A program made the position numbers and the translations under genes. From an uncultured Candidatus Saccharibacteria bacterium (lineage in GTDB: Bacteria; Patescibacteriota; Minisyncoccia; Phycocordibacterales; UBA9973), in assembly GCA_964432275.1 (NCBI GenBank), contig CAYSMH010000001.1, positions 11,191-75,190 on the forward strand: a DNA stretch of 64,000 bases, written 5' to 3'. Positions within the stretch are counted from its first letter, which is position 1. Every line of letters begins with the position of its first letter. The notes under the pieces were generated by a model, which saw only the letters and a list, made by a program, of their open reading frames with translations, was not told where the DNA came from and ran no database searches. Below, piece after piece: positions 49,570 to 59,255 of this stretch.

Positions 49570-51711
49570 TTATTGTCGAGATTTCACGATCGTATCCGCA
49601 ACGTTCTGTGGCACGATATCGTAGCGAAGGAACTCCATGGTAAATCCTGCGCGTCCCTCAGTCATACTTCGAAGACTTGTCATATATCCAAACATTTCTG
49701 AAAGCGGCACAACCGCATTGACGACTTGGTTCATACCGCGAGTCTCCATACCTTCGATAAGACCTCGGCGTGATGAGAGACTTCCTGTAACATCACCCAT
49801 GAACTTCTCAGGGGTTACTACCTCTACCTTCATCATTGGTTCAAGAATCACAGGACGAGCTGCCTTTGCGGCATCTTGAAGTGCCATTGATGCGGCGATT
49901 TTAAACGCCATTTCGTTTGAGTCAACTTCGTGGAATGATCCATCGTAGAGATCAACTGAGACATTTTCCATTTTGAAACCTGCAACTACACCACGATCAA
50001 GTCCTTCTCGGATACCTTTTTCGATTGGGGCAATGTATTCTCCTGGAATCGCTCCTCCTTTAATGTTGTTGATGAACTCAAAGAAGCCATCGCGCTTCAC
50101 GTTCTTTGGCAGATCCTTTGGGTCAACGGTGAGATCCATTGGTTTGATCTTGATTTTGACGTGACCGTAGTTACCTTTACCACCAGACTGCTTGATGTAT
50201 TTACCTTCTGCTTGTGCTTCACCGGTAATAGTCTCACGATATGCAACTTGTGGCTTGCCAACATTTGCTTCCACATTAAACTCACGCTTCATACGATCAA
50301 CAATGATTTCAAGGTGGAGTTCTCCCATACCTGCAATGATTGTCTCTTCTGTTTCAGGGTCGGTAGATACCTTAAATGTTGGGTCTTCATCTGCAAGACG
50401 GTTGAGTGCGAGACCCATTTTTTCTTGGTCGGCTTTTGTTTTAGGTTCAATACGAAGGTTGATCACTGGTTCTGGGAACTTGATACGATCAAGCTGGATA
50501 GGGTTTGCTTCATCAGTAAGAGTGTCTGATGTTTTCACTTCCTTAAGTCCTACTGCTGCTGCAATTTCTCCTGCAAAAACCTTTTTGATTTCTTGACGTT
50601 GATCAGCTTGCATACGCACGATACGTGAGAGACGTTCTTTGTTGCCGGTACGAGGGTTGTATACATATGACCCTGCTTCAACAGTACCTGAGTACACACG
50701 GAAAAATACGAGCTGACCAACGAATGGGTCGTTCATACTCTTAAACGCGAGTGCTGCAAATGGTTCACTATCAGAGGCATGTCGCTCTAGTGGCTCATCA
50801 GTATCTGGGTTTGTTCCCTTGACTGCTGCAATATCAGTTGGTGCAGGTAGATAATCAACAACCGCATCCAATACGAGCTGTACACCTTTGTTCTTGAGTG
50901 CAGATCCAGCAAATACTGGGAAGATTTGGTTTGCAATCACTGCTTTACGCATGAGTTTCTTGAGAACATCGATAGATGGTTCAGTTCCTTCGAGGTATGC
51001 ATTCATTGCAACTTCATCATTTTCGACTATACGCTCAATAAGCTCTGCGCGATACTTCTTGGCATCATCCATCATATCTGCAGGCACTTCTTTTTCGATC
51101 ACTTTGTTACCCATGTCGCCTTCGAAGTAGTACGCCTTCATCTGAAGAAGGTCAATTACTCCTTCATGTTTATCTTCGAGACCGATTGGAATCTGGTATC
51201 GAACAGCCTTTTTTGAGAGTCGATCAAGGATCGTTTTGTATGAGTGCTCAAATGACGCACCAGTACGATCGAGTTTGTTTACGAAACAAATACGAGGCAC
51301 GTTTGCTTCGTCAGCATAGCGCCAGTTGGTTTCTGATTGTGGTTCGACGCCTGCAACTCCATCAAACACCACTACCGCACCGTCAAGTACTCGAAGTGAT
51401 CGCTTCACCTCAACCGTGAAGTCAATGTGTCCAGGAGTATCGATAATGTTAAATGCGTACCGCTTGGATTTGTCTCCATTTGCGTAGGTAGGAATCCAGC
51501 TACAAGAAACCGCGGCAGCAGTGATCGTGATACCACGTTCTCGCTCTTGCTCCATCCAGTCGGTAGTAGTCTCACCGTCATGCACCTCACCGATCTTGTG
51601 TGACATACCGGTGTAGTACAAAACGCGCTCTGATGTTGTTGTTTTACCAGCATCAATGTGCGCAATAATTCCAAAGTTTCGTGTTTGTTCGAGTGAATAC
51701 TCTCGGTTCAT
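49570..51711 (-). CDS. fusA: elongation factor G
   Basis: AHIDAGKTT, ERGITI, DTPGH, GMGELHLE, DGSFHEVDS. Confidence 0.98.
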   Translation of the reverse strand: MNREYSLEQTRNFGIIAHIDAGKTTTSERVLYYTGMSHKIGEVHDGETTTDWMEQERERGITITAAAVSCSWIPTYANGDKSKRYAFNIIDTPGHIDFTVEVKRSLRVLDGAVVVFDGVAGVEPQSETNWRYADEANVPRICFVNKLDRTGASFEHSYKTILDRLSKKAVRYQIPIGLEDKHEGVIDLLQMKAYYFEGDMGNKVIEKEVPADMMDDAKKYRAELIERIVENDEVAMNAYLEGTEPSIDVLKKLMRKAVIANQIFPVFAGSALKNKGVQLVLDAVVDYLPAPTDIAAVKGTNPDTDEPLERHASDSEPFAALAFKSMNDPFVGQLVFFRVYSGTVEAGSYVYNPRTGNKERLSRIVRMQADQRQEIKKVFAGEIAAAVGLKEVKTSDTLTDEANPIQLDRIKFPEPVINLRIEPKTKADQEKMGLALNRLADEDPTFKVSTDPETEETIIAGMGELHLEIIVDRMKREFNVEANVGKPQVAYRETITGEAQAEGKYIKQSGGKGNYGHVKIKIKPMDLTVDPKDLPKNVKRDGFFEFINNIKGGAIPGEYIAPIEKGIREGLDRGVVAGFKMENVSVDLYDGSFHEVDSNEMAFKIAASMALQDAAKAARPVILEPMMKVEVVTPEKFMGDVTGSLSSRRGLIEGMETRGMNQVVNAVVPLSEMFGYMTSLRSMTEGRAGFTMEFLRYDIVPQNVADTIVKSRQ

Positions 51712-51878
51712 AATACTAAATAATTATCGATAATAAAAAAGAGACGTTGCAGTCACTTGTGACCACCACTATACGGCACAATAGGGCTTTTTGCAAATAA
51801 CATATGAAAAAACCGCAGATAAAAATCTGCGGACTCTTTGCTTATGAGAAATAAAAAACACCTTATTCAATAGTACCA

Positions 51879-52349
51879 CTACCACGCAAAGTGAGCGAAC
51901 GCTTTGTTGGACTCTGCCATCTTGTGGGTGTCCTTCTTCTTCTTTACAGCGTTTCCTTCACCCTTTGCTGCAAGCATGAGCTCATCAGCAAGTGCAATAG
52001 CAGTCTTGGTACCCTTGCGGCCACGAGTTGCTTCGATAATCCATCGCATTGCAAGAGCGGTACGACGCTCGGTACGAACTTCACGAGGAACCTGATAGTT
52101 AGCACCTCCGATACGTCGTGAACGGACTTCTACGAGTGGGCCTGCATTTTTAATAGCTTCATCAAACACAGTAAGTGCGCTTTCTACTCCTTCTTTTTCC
52201 TTGATAATATCAAGTGCGCCGTAGACGATTGCACGAGCAGTGTTCTTTTTGCCACTTTGCATGATAGAGTTGATGAATTTTTCAAGCACAAGTGAGTCAA
52301 ACTTGATGTCAGGCTTTACAATATTTCGATTTTTTACTGGTCGTCGCAT
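51879..52349 (-). CDS. rpsG: 30S ribosomal protein S7
   Basis: EVRSRRIGGANYQVP, HKMAESNKAFAHF. Confidence 0.98.
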   Translation of the reverse strand: MRRPVKNRNIVKPDIKFDSLVLEKFINSIMQSGKKNTARAIVYGALDIIKEKEGVESALTVFDEAIKNAGPLVEVRSRRIGGANYQVPREVRTERRTALAMRWIIEATRGRKGTKTAIALADELMLAAKGEGNAVKKKKDTHKMAESNKAFAHFAW

Positions 52350-52370
52350 ATAAATGTGTTATTTCAATAC

Positions 52371-52790
52371 TTACTTAGCTGCTTTTGGGCGCTTGGTACC
52401 GTACATAGAGCGAGACTTGCGTCGCTTATCAATACCTTGCGTGTCGAGCACACCGCGAACAATGTGATATCGAACTCCGATCAAGTCCTTCACGCGTCCA
52501 CCGCGAAGCATAACTACTGAGTGTTCTTGGAGGTTGTGCCCTTCTCCTGGAATGTACGCGGTAACAGTGTCACCGTTGGTCAGACGCACACGAGCGATTT
52601 TACGGATCGCAGAGTTTGGTTTCTTGGGAGTAGTAGTAGAAACCTTGACGCATACACCACGCTTAAACGGAGAAGCATATGCAACAGGGCGGTTGTGGAT
52701 TGTATTGAACCCACGTGAAAGAGTCACCGCCTTACTCTTGCGAGCAGCAGTGGTGCGAGGTTTCTTTATCAGCTGGTTTATTGTAGCCAT
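52371..52790 (-). CDS. rpsL: 30S ribosomal protein S12
   Basis: [28 protein letters not shown]; start at MATINQL. Confidence 0.98.
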   Translation of the reverse strand: MATINQLIKKPRTTAARKSKAVTLSRGFNTIHNRPVAYASPFKRGVCVKVSTTTPKKPNSAIRKIARVRLTNGDTVTAYIPGEGHNLQEHSVVMLRGGRVKDLIGVRYHIVRGVLDTQGIDKRRKSRSMYGTKRPKAAK

Positions 52791-52821
52791 GTGTCCGAGT
52801 ATCCTACTACAAGGCGTTGAA

Positions 52822-53448
52822 TTAATCAAGCGGTATTCCTGTCAAAAGGGTGTATCCATTATAGGCAAGTGGTGCTACTACCCTCCAAAGAAAGACTATA
52901 AACACGAGGAGAAGAGGAAGTGAGTACTGTTCAATGAATCGCAGTGTCGGCTGTGCCCGAGCAGGCAGTACCGCCGAGAGGAAGCGAAATCCGTCTAGTG
53001 GAGCAATCGGGACGGCATTAAATAGAGCAAGTACAATATTGACCAATACAATAATACTTGCGATATCAATAAATGCCCGAGATACGATCCCTGTCGCAAG
53101 CGACGCCCGGATCAGAAGCCCAAAGATGACTGCGACAAGGAGGTTCACCACGATACCTGCAATAGCGACCTTGGCGATGGATTTATTGCCATGTTTGAGG
53201 TTGTCAGGGTTATATGGCACCGGCTTGGCCCAGCCAAGCACAAAGCCCGCACTAGAGACTATCAATACAAGCGGTAGAATAACCGAACCAAACCAATCGA
53301 TGTGTTTGAGTGGGTTAAGCGTAATACGCCCGAGCATACGAGCAGTCGAATCACCTTCATGTTCTGCCATGAGTCCGTGTGCAACCTCGTGCACAATGAT
53401 CGACACCATGAGGATAAGAAAATAAAAAATGGAAAGTGGGCCTTGCAT
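52822..53448 (-). CDS. site-2 protease (M50) family protein
   Basis: [32 protein letters not shown]. Confidence 0.93.
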   Translation of the reverse strand: MQGPLSIFYFLILMVSIIVHEVAHGLMAEHEGDSTARMLGRITLNPLKHIDWFGSVILPLVLIVSSAGFVLGWAKPVPYNPDNLKHGNKSIAKVAIAGIVVNLLVAVIFGLLIRASLATGIVSRAFIDIASIIVLVNIVLALFNAVPIAPLDGFRFLSAVLPARAQPTLRFIEQYSLPLLLVFIVFLWRVVAPLAYNGYTLLTGIPLD

Positions 53449-53481
53449 GAGAGTATCCCCTATGGTACCATGCGAGTCACT

Positions 53482-53727
53482 ATGGCAAAAGCATGCGCAA
53501 TCACCAATAAAACCTCACAAATGGCGGGTGGCTACTCGACCAAGGTTCGTGCGACCAAATTTAACCCTATTACCCCTTCTCGCAAATACGCCAACCTCCA
53601 AAAGAAGCGCATTTACGTCGCTGAGCTCGGTAAAAACGTCATGGTTACTGTCTCTACTAAAGGCCTCCGAACTATTGCAAAAAATGGTGCGTACGCAGCA
53701 CTCAAGAAAGCTGGCGTTATCAAATAA
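53482..53727 (+). CDS. rpmB: 50S ribosomal protein L28
   Basis: MAKACAITNK..NLQKKRIYV..VSTKGLRTI. Confidence 0.88.
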   Translation: MAKACAITNKTSQMAGGYSTKVRATKFNPITPSRKYANLQKKRIYVAELGKNVMVTVSTKGLRTIAKNGAYAALKKAGVIK

Positions 53728-53797
53728 GTTTGAAAAATAAAAAATAAAAAAACCGTCCATTTGGGCGGTTTTTTTGTTGCGACTTTCTATCTGATTG

Positions 53798-54757
53798 CTA
53801 ATCAAGAAGTTCAGTAATAAGTTCCATTGTCCTTCTCGAGTGCAAATATTGTGCTTTTTTTGTGTCTTTTAAAATTTTCCCAAGTAGATCTTCAGTGGAA
53901 GTTTTATCCGCGTGTAATGCATACGAACTAAAATATCCTTCTTCTTTCATTTTCAAAAAACGTTTTTGATCAACAGAAGCAATGATACGCCCTTGGTTTT
54001 CTTCCGACATTTCCTGAGAGAACAGGTAAAACTGTTTATTTTGAAGAAGATGCATGTGCTCTATAACTACTCCGATTTCTTCATCAATATTTGGCTTATG
54101 CTTGTTGAAATACTCATGAGCAAAGATATTCTCCATGGTGTCGTTTTGACCGCACATTGTTTCGCAAAGCCAAAATAGTCGTTTCAACTGATCGATCCTG
54201 AGCGTATTTACTGCAGGGAAAAACCTTGACGGATGAATAGTGGAAAGAAGAAATATCACTTCAAAAGGAAATTGAACCCCTTTCTGATAGATAAACAGAT
54301 TATGATCATCTTTTTCTAAGGGAGCTTTTACTCCTTTTGTAGAATCTATTGACCACTTCAATATCTCTTCTATCCTTTCAGTTTTGCAATACTTAAAATA
54401 GTCGGCAAGATTCCCACACTCCGATTCATTTTCTGAAAAAGAGTGATCATACCAGCGTTCCCAACTACTATTTCCGGAACGACATTTTGATCCTACATAA
54501 AACAATTGTCTCGGTGTTAGTATGTTGAGGAAATTCGTAGGTAAAAAATGCATATTTTCTTCCCACAGTTCTGTAGAGACACTCTTTTCCACACTCATTT
54601 CATAGTCAATCAAAGACTGAAACTGTTGTGGCAATATCAACTTGATGATTGATTGTTTTTTTACTGACTCTACTAAGTTTTTATACAAGTCAGGGATACC
54701 CATTCGTTGAAGCTTTTGTACAAGTTGCACAAGAAGTTCTTTTCGGTTTGTTTTCAT
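53798..54757 (-). CDS. AT-rich orphan protein
   Basis: 319-aa ORF; TTGACA(54815-20)-15-TACTAT(54794-99); leader cttcatttaaaaattgtatATG; terminator 53744-53775. Confidence 0.7.
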   Translation of the reverse strand: MKTNRKELLVQLVQKLQRMGIPDLYKNLVESVKKQSIIKLILPQQFQSLIDYEMSVEKSVSTELWEENMHFLPTNFLNILTPRQLFYVGSKCRSGNSSWERWYDHSFSENESECGNLADYFKYCKTERIEEILKWSIDSTKGVKAPLEKDDHNLFIYQKGVQFPFEVIFLLSTIHPSRFFPAVNTLRIDQLKRLFWLCETMCGQNDTMENIFAHEYFNKHKPNIDEEIGVVIEHMHLLQNKQFYLFSQEMSEENQGRIIASVDQKRFLKMKEEGYFSSYALHADKTSTEDLLGKILKDTKKAQYLHSRRTMELITELLD

Positions 54758-54827
54758 ATACAATTTTTAAATGAAGAAATTAGGTTTTTCTTGATAGTAC
54801 CCCCTCCGCTCTATTTGTCAAAATAAT

Positions 54828-55688
54828 CTATTTCCCCCCTCCTCGTTTCCACCCACCCCTTGATGGATACAGTATGACGGTGCCGTTGTCTTGTGTTGAG
54901 ATCAGTGGGATCTTCAATTTTTTCACTATATCAGTGACTTCTTTGTGTGGATGACCATAGCTATTGTTGACCCCCGCAGAGACGAGAGCGAGTGCTGGGC
55001 TCGCCGCCTTCAGATATGACTCACTTGTAGAAGTCTTGGACCCGTGGTGACCGAGCTGCACCACATCAACATCGAGAGCTTTTGTATTGGTTTTCACCAG
55101 ATACTGTTCGATCGAAATCGGTGAGTCCCCGGTAAGGAGTGCGCTCGATGCTCCCATGTCGAGCCTGCTCACCACAGACGCGGTGTTGGTCTCCCATCCA
55201 CTCGTATCACGATCAGGAAACAAGATGGTGAGCTTCGTTGTACTGTCGAGCACTATCGTCATACCCTTGCGCACGTAGTATGCGGGTATGGTTTCATCTG
55301 CAAGTACGCCGTTGAGGTCTTTAAAAAGGCTTGAGTCGCTCGTGACCTGTGAGGTGAGGTACATGCCGACTTTGTACCTGCTGAGCACGAGTTTCAGTCC
55401 ACCTATGTGGTCTGCGTCAGGATGTGTGGCTAGTACAATGTCGATACTACGATCACCTCTGGGCATCACCTGCGCGAGCTCAGTGAGCACCTTGCTATCT
55501 TTGCCGCCATCGATGAGCATCTGCGCACCGCTTGGTGCAGTGATGAGGAAGCTATCTCCTTGACCAATATTGAGCATTGCTATGCTTCCTGTTCCCTGTC
55601 TGTCTGATGGCTGTAGCACTGCCGATGCGATACCGAGAATGATCAAAAGTACCATCATCCAGATCAGGGTTTTCAGTTGTCGAGTCAT
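54828..55688 (-). CDS. ComEC C-terminal metallo-beta-lactamase domain protein
   Basis: NIGQGDS, THPDADHIGG, LLTGD, HHGSKTS, NSYGHPH. Confidence 0.92.
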   Translation of the reverse strand: MTRQLKTLIWMMVLLIILGIASAVLQPSDRQGTGSIAMLNIGQGDSFLITAPSGAQMLIDGGKDSKVLTELAQVMPRGDRSIDIVLATHPDADHIGGLKLVLSRYKVGMYLTSQVTSDSSLFKDLNGVLADETIPAYYVRKGMTIVLDSTTKLTILFPDRDTSGWETNTASVVSRLDMGASSALLTGDSPISIEQYLVKTNTKALDVDVVQLGHHGSKTSTSESYLKAASPALALVSAGVNNSYGHPHKEVTDIVKKLKIPLISTQDNGTVILYPSRGGWKRGGGK

Positions 55689-55723
55689 GTATACTACTAG
55701 TGTATCAGACCAACACAGACACC

Positions 55724-56308
55724 ATGTTTATCGAGCAACCCGTATCCCCCCTTCCCTTTGGCAAGATCAGCACAACTACTCACGAGGAGCATCAAAAGCT
55801 CTATGCTGGGTATGTAAAAAATGCAAACGCAGTTATAGAAAAACTTGCTACATACCAAACCGACGATACCAAAATATATGAAACAGGTGAACTCTATCGT
55901 CGATTTGCATTTGAATACAACGGTATGCGCAACCATGAAGTGTATTTCGCACTTGTCAGTGGCCCGAGCACTACCGCTCCTGCGCTTATGGCCGCAATCG
56001 AAAAGCAATGGGGTGCACTCGATGCGTTTAAATCACTCTTTATTTCTCTTGCAACCACACGAGGTATCGGTTGGGCAATGCTCTCATACGATACTAAAGT
56101 AGACGGGTTGATACTTCATTGGATAGATGAACAGCAAATCGGACAACTCCAAGGTACTGCGCCAATCATCGCGCTCGACATGTGGGAGCACGCATACGTC
56201 GCTGACTATCAGCCAAGTGGTAAAAAGCAATACATTGAAGATTTCTTTGCAACTATGAACTGGTCCGTCGCCGAAGCGCTCTATACCACTGCCAAAGGAA
56301 TTCAGTAA
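55724..56308 (+). CDS. Fe/Mn superoxide dismutase family protein
   Basis: H.KLYAGYVKNAN, NGMRNHE.YF, GIGWA, LDMWEHAY. Confidence 0.88.
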   Translation: MFIEQPVSPLPFGKISTTTHEEHQKLYAGYVKNANAVIEKLATYQTDDTKIYETGELYRRFAFEYNGMRNHEVYFALVSGPSTTAPALMAAIEKQWGALDAFKSLFISLATTRGIGWAMLSYDTKVDGLILHWIDEQQIGQLQGTAPIIALDMWEHAYVADYQPSGKKQYIEDFFATMNWSVAEALYTTAKGIQ

Positions 56309-57710
56309 GTTCTCTTTTAAAAAGAAATGTGAGCACAACTACATAAACCCCTGTCACACCCCACCACGCAAGTGCTGGGGTTTGCCATAGGTACAGACGA
56401 TCAAACACTCGGAGTATGCCAAGCACTACCGACCCAAATCCCGACAGAAGTACGCCCACTAGTGTTGCTGCGGGTGCGATCCATGAGAGCGCGATCAGTA
56501 GTATGCCCGAGATCATGATGATAGGTGTGATAAGTGCAAAGAGCACATTTGCAAATGGAGACGACAACGGGAAACTGCCGGAGAAATACATCATATACGG
56601 CAGCATAAAAATAGGAGCTGAAACTGCAAGCATGATGAGCTCTCGCAGATCGATATGGTTGGTCTTGGGAATAAAATGAAACAATGTCTCAACTTTGGGT
56701 AGTACTAGTATCATAAACATTGTCGCAAGAAATGACAGATGAAATCCAGGATCGACAAAGATACTTGTCGGGCTTATGAAAAAGAAAAACAAATACGCGA
56801 TCCAGAGCGCACGCATGGGCTGGTATGTCTTGATCGAAAGGCCAGCAAACACTGCAATCCCTCCCATGATCCCCGCTCGCACACTTGCCACACCTGCACC
56901 ACTGATCAGCACGAGCATGAGGATCGCGAGTGCCGTGATCAGACTGCGCAGTTTGAACGGGAGTCCTTTGAGAAGTAGTGCGAGAAAACCTGCGAGAAGT
57001 GTGATGTTGTACCCCGACAACACGAGTACATGGAGCACACCAGTGTTACGAAACAGGTCCGATATGTAGTCTGGGAGCCCACCCTGATACCCCACGATCA
57101 TTCCTGCGAGTACTCCATCAAATGGAAAAGAAACATGCCGCGCAAATATATCTGCAAACGCATACCGCACTCGAGTCGGAAACCGTGCGAGCGCCATGTC
57201 GTGCTCGGTCACTGGACCAATGATCGCATTGCGCACGAGCCCGACGATACCCTTGCTCCCCAGATATGCTTCGTATCCAAATATCCTTCCAGAATCCGTC
57301 ACAAAGTCTTCTGGTGCTTCGACATTGCCTCTGACCGTGACATGATCTCCGGGCAACACATCGACTTTCTCAGTCGTACTGACTTGAAGTTTCTGATCGT
57401 ATTGTTCATCGACCACGACAACATTGGTCTTGTCGAGTCTGCGATCTACTGACACCACCCGCACATCAAACGCACGCTTGCCATATATCGCAGTATCTAC
57501 TGGTACATCAACTCTCCACAGCGCAATGGCTCCGATTATCAGCATACCGCCGAGCAAAGCTCCGCAAATGATTCCCTGTTTGGATCGTAGAAATACAGAC
57601 ACAACAACTACCAAAAACATCGCCACACACCCTATTTCGACAATACTCATATCTGCTATCCGATACAGCATCGCCCCAATCGTGAGAACTATAGTTGCAA
57701 GCTCGAGCAT
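56253..57710 (-). CDS. comEC: ComEC/Rec2 competence membrane protein
   Basis: FRNTGVLHVLVLSGYNI, SVRAGIM, GFHLSFLAT. Confidence 0.92.
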   Translation of the reverse strand: MLELATIVLTIGAMLYRIADMSIVEIGCVAMFLVVVVSVFLRSKQGIICGALLGGMLIIGAIALWRVDVPVDTAIYGKRAFDVRVVSVDRRLDKTNVVVVDEQYDQKLQVSTTEKVDVLPGDHVTVRGNVEAPEDFVTDSGRIFGYEAYLGSKGIVGLVRNAIIGPVTEHDMALARFPTRVRYAFADIFARHVSFPFDGVLAGMIVGYQGGLPDYISDLFRNTGVLHVLVLSGYNITLLAGFLALLLKGLPFKLRSLITALAILMLVLISGAGVASVRAGIMGGIAVFAGLSIKTYQPMRALWIAYLFFFFISPTSIFVDPGFHLSFLATMFMILVLPKVETLFHFIPKTNHIDLRELIMLAVSAPIFMLPYMMYFSGSFPLSSPFANVLFALITPIIMISGILLIALSWIAPAATLVGVLLSGFGSVVLGILRVFDRLYLWQTPALAWWGVTGVYVVVLTFLFKRELTEFLWQWYRALRRRTSS

Positions 57711-57795
57711 GTTTCCATGCTAGCGTATGGAGATAAAGAAAAAATAAAATTGACAAAAAGAAGAATAAAAGTAGTATCAAAGAAAATATATATCT

Positions 57796-57996
57796 ATGCC
57801 AGAATGTCGCAACAACCCTTGTACTTGTACAAGTGAGGAAAAATGGTCTTGCCTTACAACTCAATGGAACCAATTAGATAGACCTCAAGAAGAAGAGGAA
57901 GAAAAAAAGATTATCAAAAATTTTAAGGAAGCTATAGAAAAGGGAGATATAAAGTTAGCACAAAAACTTCTTCCAGATGTAGAGTTCAAATGGTAA
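57796..57996 (+). CDS. small Cys-containing orphan protein
   Basis: MPECRNNPCTC..WSC; TTGACA(57750-55)-16-TAGTAT(57772-77); hairpin near 58015-58040. Confidence 0.55.
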   Translation: MPECRNNPCTCTSEEKWSCLTTQWNQLDRPQEEEEEKKIIKNFKEAIEKGDIKLAQKLLPDVEFKW

Positions 57997-58039
57997 CTAA
58001 AAATCGCAAGGTCGCCGTATGTTCAATACATACGGTTTT

Positions 58040-58762
58040 TTACAACAAACTAGCCAACGTATAGTCTTGCACCAGATCTGTTTCTTCTGCTTTTGAAAAT
58101 ACTTTTTTGAACTTGGCGTTTTTGCCTTTCACACGTTTCTCGCAAGTCGCCCAGTCTTTGTCGACATGTATTTTCCCATCTACCATCGAGACGTATGAGT
58201 ATGCAGTACCTTTATTTTTCGTACCGGAGCTTGATTTCTTTGCGGGAGATTTCGGTGGAGTGTCGTCGAGTTGTAGTTCGTATGCCTTTACTGTTCCCTT
58301 AAAAAGCTTTGGTTTCTTTCCAAGCGCAGCCGCAACTGCAAGCTCATCACAGCGGTCGTTGTATGTGTGCCCTGAGTGCCCATCGACTTTGGTCAGTGTG
58401 AGTGATCGCCCAAAATAGTCCCGCAGCTTCATGAGCTTCATCCATTGTGGTTTATTTTCAACAGGTTTCTTGGCCATCGTGACCCATCCCTTTTTCACCC
58501 AGCCATCGATCCAACTCTCAATGCCGTTTAGCACATAGCGCGAGTCTGCGTGGAGTTCAACCCCTACTGTGCCAAATTTTTTCTCAATATACGCAAGTCC
58601 TTGGATGACTGCCTCAAGCTCCATTTGATTGTTGGTGGCAGGGTTCTTTGCACCAGCAAGCTCCACGACTTCTTTATCAGAGATAATGATCGCTCCCCAC
58701 CCCCCTGGCCCAGGATTGCCGCGTGACGCACCGTCGGTATAGAGTGTGACTGTAGATTTCAT
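58040..58762 (-). CDS. rnhA: ribonuclease HI with C-terminal hybrid-binding (viroplasmin-like) domain
   Basis: YTDGASRGNPGPGG, TNNQMEL, DSRY, GHSGH.YNDRCD; tail W..CEKRVKG..AKFKK. Confidence 0.92.
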   Translation of the reverse strand: MKSTVTLYTDGASRGNPGPGGWGAIIISDKEVVELAGAKNPATNNQMELEAVIQGLAYIEKKFGTVGVELHADSRYVLNGIESWIDGWVKKGWVTMAKKPVENKPQWMKLMKLRDYFGRSLTLTKVDGHSGHTYNDRCDELAVAAALGKKPKLFKGTVKAYELQLDDTPPKSPAKKSSSGTKNKGTAYSYVSMVDGKIHVDKDWATCEKRVKGKNAKFKKVFSKAEETDLVQDYTLASLL

Positions 58763-58820
58763 GGCAGTAGTATATACGTTGTTGATAGAAAATAAAAAAC
58801 CTTCGATTAATATCAAAGGT

Positions 58821-59198
58821 TTAAGTGTGTTTACACAAGATAGCTCGACCAAGTGGTAAAAGTGCGCCAGGATATATAGGACAGATGATTTTTTGTATGC
58901 CGCCATTGAACCGATACAATGTAAGTTTCTGAGGGATTCCGTTTATTTTATCCGTAAGATAAATATATACTCCCCCACAAAAACCTGATATAACATTTGC
59001 ATCTAAAATTTTTTCAGCGAGCGCTTCGGCTTCTTGACGTTCATATTCCTTATATAAATCATTGGAAATACATTCCGTGATGACTTTATGCTGGACACTG
59101 TTGTAATTTAGTTTTTGTAATCTTCCTGATATATTTTTTTCAATAGAAAAAATATTATATGTCGGTTCGAGTACTCTCCACACATTGTTTATATACAT
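58821..59198 (-). CDS. AT-rich orphan protein
   Basis: TTGACT(59246-51)-16-TATAGT(59224-29); start MYINN; terminator aaaccttcga..tcaaaggttt. Confidence 0.6.
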   Translation of the reverse strand: MYINNVWRVLEPTYNIFSIEKNISGRLQKLNYNSVQHKVITECISNDLYKEYERQEAEALAEKILDANVISGFCGGVYIYLTDKINGIPQKLTLYRFNGGIQKIICPIYPGALLPLGRAILCKHT

Positions 59199-59255
59199 AG
59201 ATCTATATTTAAGTTTCAAGAAAACTATATCAAATATATATGAAAAGTCAAGTAT

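Noticed and set aside
36604-53425. Many 60-170-aa plus-strand ORFs opposite ribosomal and translation genes
   Set aside because: They are antisense shadows of conserved genes, with no motifs or expression signals.
9733-59238. Bacteroidota -7 motif TATATTTG in the spacers of two orphan promoters (near 9735 and 59231)
   Set aside because: It appears in only two units and is explainable by AT richness plus the extended -10 TG; it needs a statistical test.
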